In this document: in pieces, positions 61,502-64,000 of the stretch
How the letters are laid out: each line of letters starts with the position of its first letter
Numbering within the stretch: position 1 is the first letter of the stretch
Assembly (NCBI GenBank): GCA_964519305.1
Contig: CAZFHY010000002.1
Span: 1-64,000 of the forward strand
DNA from: Candidatus Undinarchaeota archaeon
GTDB taxonomy: Archaea; SpSt-1190; JASMDC01
Direction: 5' to 3'
Length of the DNA: 64,000 bases
Made by a program: the position numbers and the translations under genes
Notes under the pieces: generated by a model
Told to the model about the DNA's origin: nothing
Seen by the model: only the letters and a program-made list of their open reading frames with translations
The model's database searches: none

Positions 61502-62440
61502 CTACTGCACCATTTCCTTGAACACAGCGTCATCGATGGCCTGCTCAGCAGCGATGAGGTTCATGTTGACGCGGTGCTTGAGAGCGATCTGACTCGGCGT
61601 CTCGAAGGTGAGGTTGTGCTTGGCGTCATGGCGCGCGCAGTATCCCGAGAACACCATGTGATAGGTGTCCGAGTATGGTTCACCCGCTTCCAGGATGCCG
61701 TCGTGGAGCACTCCCTGCTCGGTCTGCTCGTAGGCGCTCAGGAGCGGGTAGCCCTCCTGGTGCATGCGCTGGACGATACGTCCTCCGAGCTTTTCCTTCT
61801 GGTTCTCGCGGATGACCAGGAATCCGTCCATCCCCGGCGTCTCGTGGAGGTCAATGGTGAGAAGGATATCGTTGTCCTTGGCGATACCCTTGACGTAATC
61901 AGCTAAAGCATAGGTCTCCTTGGCCGGATCGTCGTTGACCACGAAGCCGAAGAACGGGTCCCGCATCTGACCCTTGTAATAGTGATTGGTGGCGTCACCC
62001 TCCGCGTTGTCGTACTGTCGATACTCCGGGTACTGCTTTGCGCTCATGGGATCGGTGAGCTTCGGATGGAAAGGCCTAGCGTACATGTCCGCGTTCATCG
62101 CGGGGATGATATCTATCTGGTAATTATCCAGTAGGTACTTCCCCTTCTCGGTACCGGATGTGAGGAGCTTGTCCATGAGCTCCAGGCTCGACTCGGTGCC
62201 TGCGGGCTCTGTTCCATGGTGGCCGCCGGCAATGATGATGTGACCCTTGACCGGCTTGCCCTTGGTATGGAGCTCGATGGCAGGGATCTTGCGTCCCTCC
62301 TCGGTCGTCCCGATAGAACGTACGTTCATCTTGCTACCATAGTGCTCGGTATAATAACCGAGGATATCGGGGAGGTCGCTGTAAGAGTGGTAGTCCACAT
62401 TCTCCGCCTCGGTATCAAAGACGTATCCGTCCGTATCCAT
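61502..62440 (-). CDS. M14 family zinc carboxypeptidase / desuccinylase-like protein
   Basis: SIGTTEEGRKI, GGHHGTEPAG, IIPAMNAD, IDLHE, TFETP. Confidence 0.82.
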   Translation of the reverse strand: MDTDGYVFDTEAENVDYHSYSDLPDILGYYTEHYGSKMNVRSIGTTEEGRKIPAIELHTKGKPVKGHIIIAGGHHGTEPAGTESSLELMDKLLTSGTEKGKYLLDNYQIDIIPAMNADMYARPFHPKLTDPMSAKQYPEYRQYDNAEGDATNHYYKGQMRDPFFGFVVNDDPAKETYALADYVKGIAKDNDILLTIDLHETPGMDGFLVIRENQKEKLGGRIVQRMHQEGYPLLSAYEQTEQGVLHDGILEAGEPYSDTYHMVFSGYCARHDAKHNLTFETPSQIALKHRVNMNLIAAEQAIDDAVFKEMVQ

Positions 62441-62707
62441 CGTCCATACCCTCCGTTTCCCATTCTTCCAGATTTATTGGGGCGCCCGAAGTGGGTTCGA
62501 CCGTTCTTATACCTGACCATGGTTGCCACTGGTTGGTTATACCTCACGACCGGTCGCCCCACTGACGTGAAAAAAGGTGAAAATGGGAACAGTGGTTGGG
62601 AACAAGAGTTACGTCAACGATGGTCCGTATCTAGACGTCCCTTTGAGCCCGGCCCTGACCAATGTGCTTTAAATGATTACGTCCCCCGCAATACGCGGGT
62701 AAGGACC

Positions 62708-63685
62708 ATGGAACGACGACGAGCGCTCCGGGCAGGGCTCGTCGTGATGGTGATCCTGCTGGCCTTCTTTGGAATCCGTTCACTAGTGGCCTACCGAGCC
62801 CTGATGGAAAGGGCGGTGTACGGTGAGGCGACTGTCGCCTCCCTGAGGGGCTGGATGTCCGTTCCCTATGCTGCATCGCTGACCGAGGCGGACACAGCGT
62901 GCGTGTGCATGGCCTTGGAAGTCCCGGTGAGCACATGCGATGCTACTAAGGTGAGGGACGTTATAGCAGCCCGCCGCATCACTGACCGTCGTGTGTTCGT
63001 CACCTACCTCGACAAGGCTTTCGACAGCTGTAGGTCGGTTCCCGCCCCACCACCCGTGCTTGAGGAGGGAGAGGGTCTCTCGGACGCGCTGCTGGCCCGC
63101 CTGGTCACCAACACTTACCCTGTCCTCGCTGTCGGCGTCGTGCTCGCTTCAGCGGGCATACCTGCACCTTCGTCCTTACTAGTGATCGCGGCCGGTGCTT
63201 TTGCTGCCCGCGGATTCGCCAACCTCTTTGTCGTGATGGTCATCGCAGCTCTTGGATCATCCTTGGGTGACACGATCCTCTATTTCATCGGGGTCAAGGT
63301 GGGAAGCTCCGCTGATCGGCTACCGGGTTTCCTCGCCAAGGCCATCGAGACCGAGCGTGTATCGTTCTCCGGCTGCCAGCCATCTCTCGTCTTCACCAGT
63401 CGGTTCATCTTCACACCCCTTATCATTCCAGTCAACCTCTTAGCAGGCATGTACGGATGCGCGTACCGCCAGTTCATCCCTTATGTACTGGGGGGTGAGA
63501 CCGTTTGGGCCGTGGAGATGGCAGGTATCGGCTATGTTTTCGGTGCGAACATCGAGCTCGTTAACGACGTTGTGGGCAACCTCACCGTCGTGGCCGTGCT
63601 CCTGTTGGGTGTGTGGGTGGTCTTCAAGCGTTTGCAGAACCGTGGTAATGGGGACGAGCCCTGCACGACGTGCACAGATAATTAA
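62708..63685 (+). CDS. DedA/VTT family membrane protein with N-terminal extracytoplasmic domain
   Basis: GIPAPS, GDTILYFIG, SRF, NLLAG. The N-part has a TM and a GWMSVPY domain with Cys residues. TTTAAA upstream. Confidence 0.85.
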   Translation: MERRRALRAGLVVMVILLAFFGIRSLVAYRALMERAVYGEATVASLRGWMSVPYAASLTEADTACVCMALEVPVSTCDATKVRDVIAARRITDRRVFVTYLDKAFDSCRSVPAPPPVLEEGEGLSDALLARLVTNTYPVLAVGVVLASAGIPAPSSLLVIAAGAFAARGFANLFVVMVIAALGSSLGDTILYFIGVKVGSSADRLPGFLAKAIETERVSFSGCQPSLVFTSRFIFTPLIIPVNLLAGMYGCAYRQFIPYVLGGETVWAVEMAGIGYVFGANIELVNDVVGNLTVVAVLLLGVWVVFKRLQNRGNGDEPCTTCTDN

Positions 63686-63719
63686 AACATGGATATACCT
63701 CTTACATGGGAAGGTATCC

Positions 63720-64000
63720 ATGCCGTGGGAACACTGGTCGCCTACAAAGAAAGGCTTAGCTACAGGAGTCCTGTTCGGGATTGCGTTCTCACTGGTCAGC
63801 TTGCTGGCTACGTGTCATCCAAATGCGTTGGGCGGGCGTTCCGACGAGTGCACGGGCACGCTCATGCTGCTATTCGGTACCGCTGAATTCCTGTTCTTTG
63901 TCCCCATCGGAGCGCTCTCATTCATCTTGGGGGTGGAACTGTCGTTCCCCGTCCAGCTCATCGCAGGTCCAGTACTCACTTCAGGGATATTTGGAGCTGC
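63720..64000 (+). CDS. Hypothetical membrane protein, truncated at window end (absent from ORF track)
   Basis: ATG 63720 opens MPWEHWSPTKKGLATGVLFGIAFSLVSLLATC...LMLLFGTAEFLFFVPIGALSFILG..., with no stop before 64000. Confidence 0.65.
   Translation, partial: MPWEHWSPTKKGLATGVLFGIAFSLVSLLATCHPNALGGRSDECTGTLMLLFGTAEFLFFVPIGALSFILGVELSFPVQLIAGPVLTSGIFGA

Noticed and set aside
62485-62505. GGTTCGA T-loop-like sequence suggesting a tRNA
   Set aside because: I could not build a T-stem, anticodon arm or acceptor stem around it.
62216-62707. N-terminal 164-aa extension of the DedA ORF in the track
   Set aside because: It overlaps the opposite-strand M14 gene. TATA and SD-like signals support ATG 62708.
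63689-63886. 65-aa ORF in the track
   Set aside because: The overlapping frame from ATG 63720 gives a more credible membrane protein that runs off the window.

Overview
GC-rich archaeal chromosomal window, inferred to be DPANN-like from gene content: TFE, Orc1/Cdc6, archaeal PyrH-UPF0200-UPF0201 cluster, a CdpB-like PRC barrel, TATA boxes ~25-30 nt ahead of many start codons, and an archaeal-type pilus locus. The left 30 kb is a cell-surface block. It holds a truncated (GMGPP)n low-complexity gene and a coiled-coil gene, transcribed divergently from a Cys-rich type IV pilus/T2SS ATPase, a TadB/C-type platform, a large secreted Ig/Cys protein and a large class III signal-peptide (pilin-like) protein. 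Facing these on the minus strand are a 5255-aa secreted Cys-rich giant protein with about 11 ~400-aa repeat units, a TM-PH-PRC-barrel fusion, a membrane protein and a peptide deformylase. Next come an atypical family B DNA polymerase with a ~100-aa insert, TFE, and a ~12-kb cluster of two radical SAM enzymes, a U32/U32-partner pair, three GT-C-like membrane proteins, a K+ channel and an ABC exporter. The right third is mostly housekeeping and metabolic genes (hutU, HDAC-like, thioredoxin, thpR, pyrH, cdc6, beta-CASP nuclease, MATE, ferritin-like, nitroreductase, HAD, M14 peptidase, DedA). I found no rRNA, tRNA, CRISPR array or mobile element. All calls come from motif recognition by eye; no searches were run.
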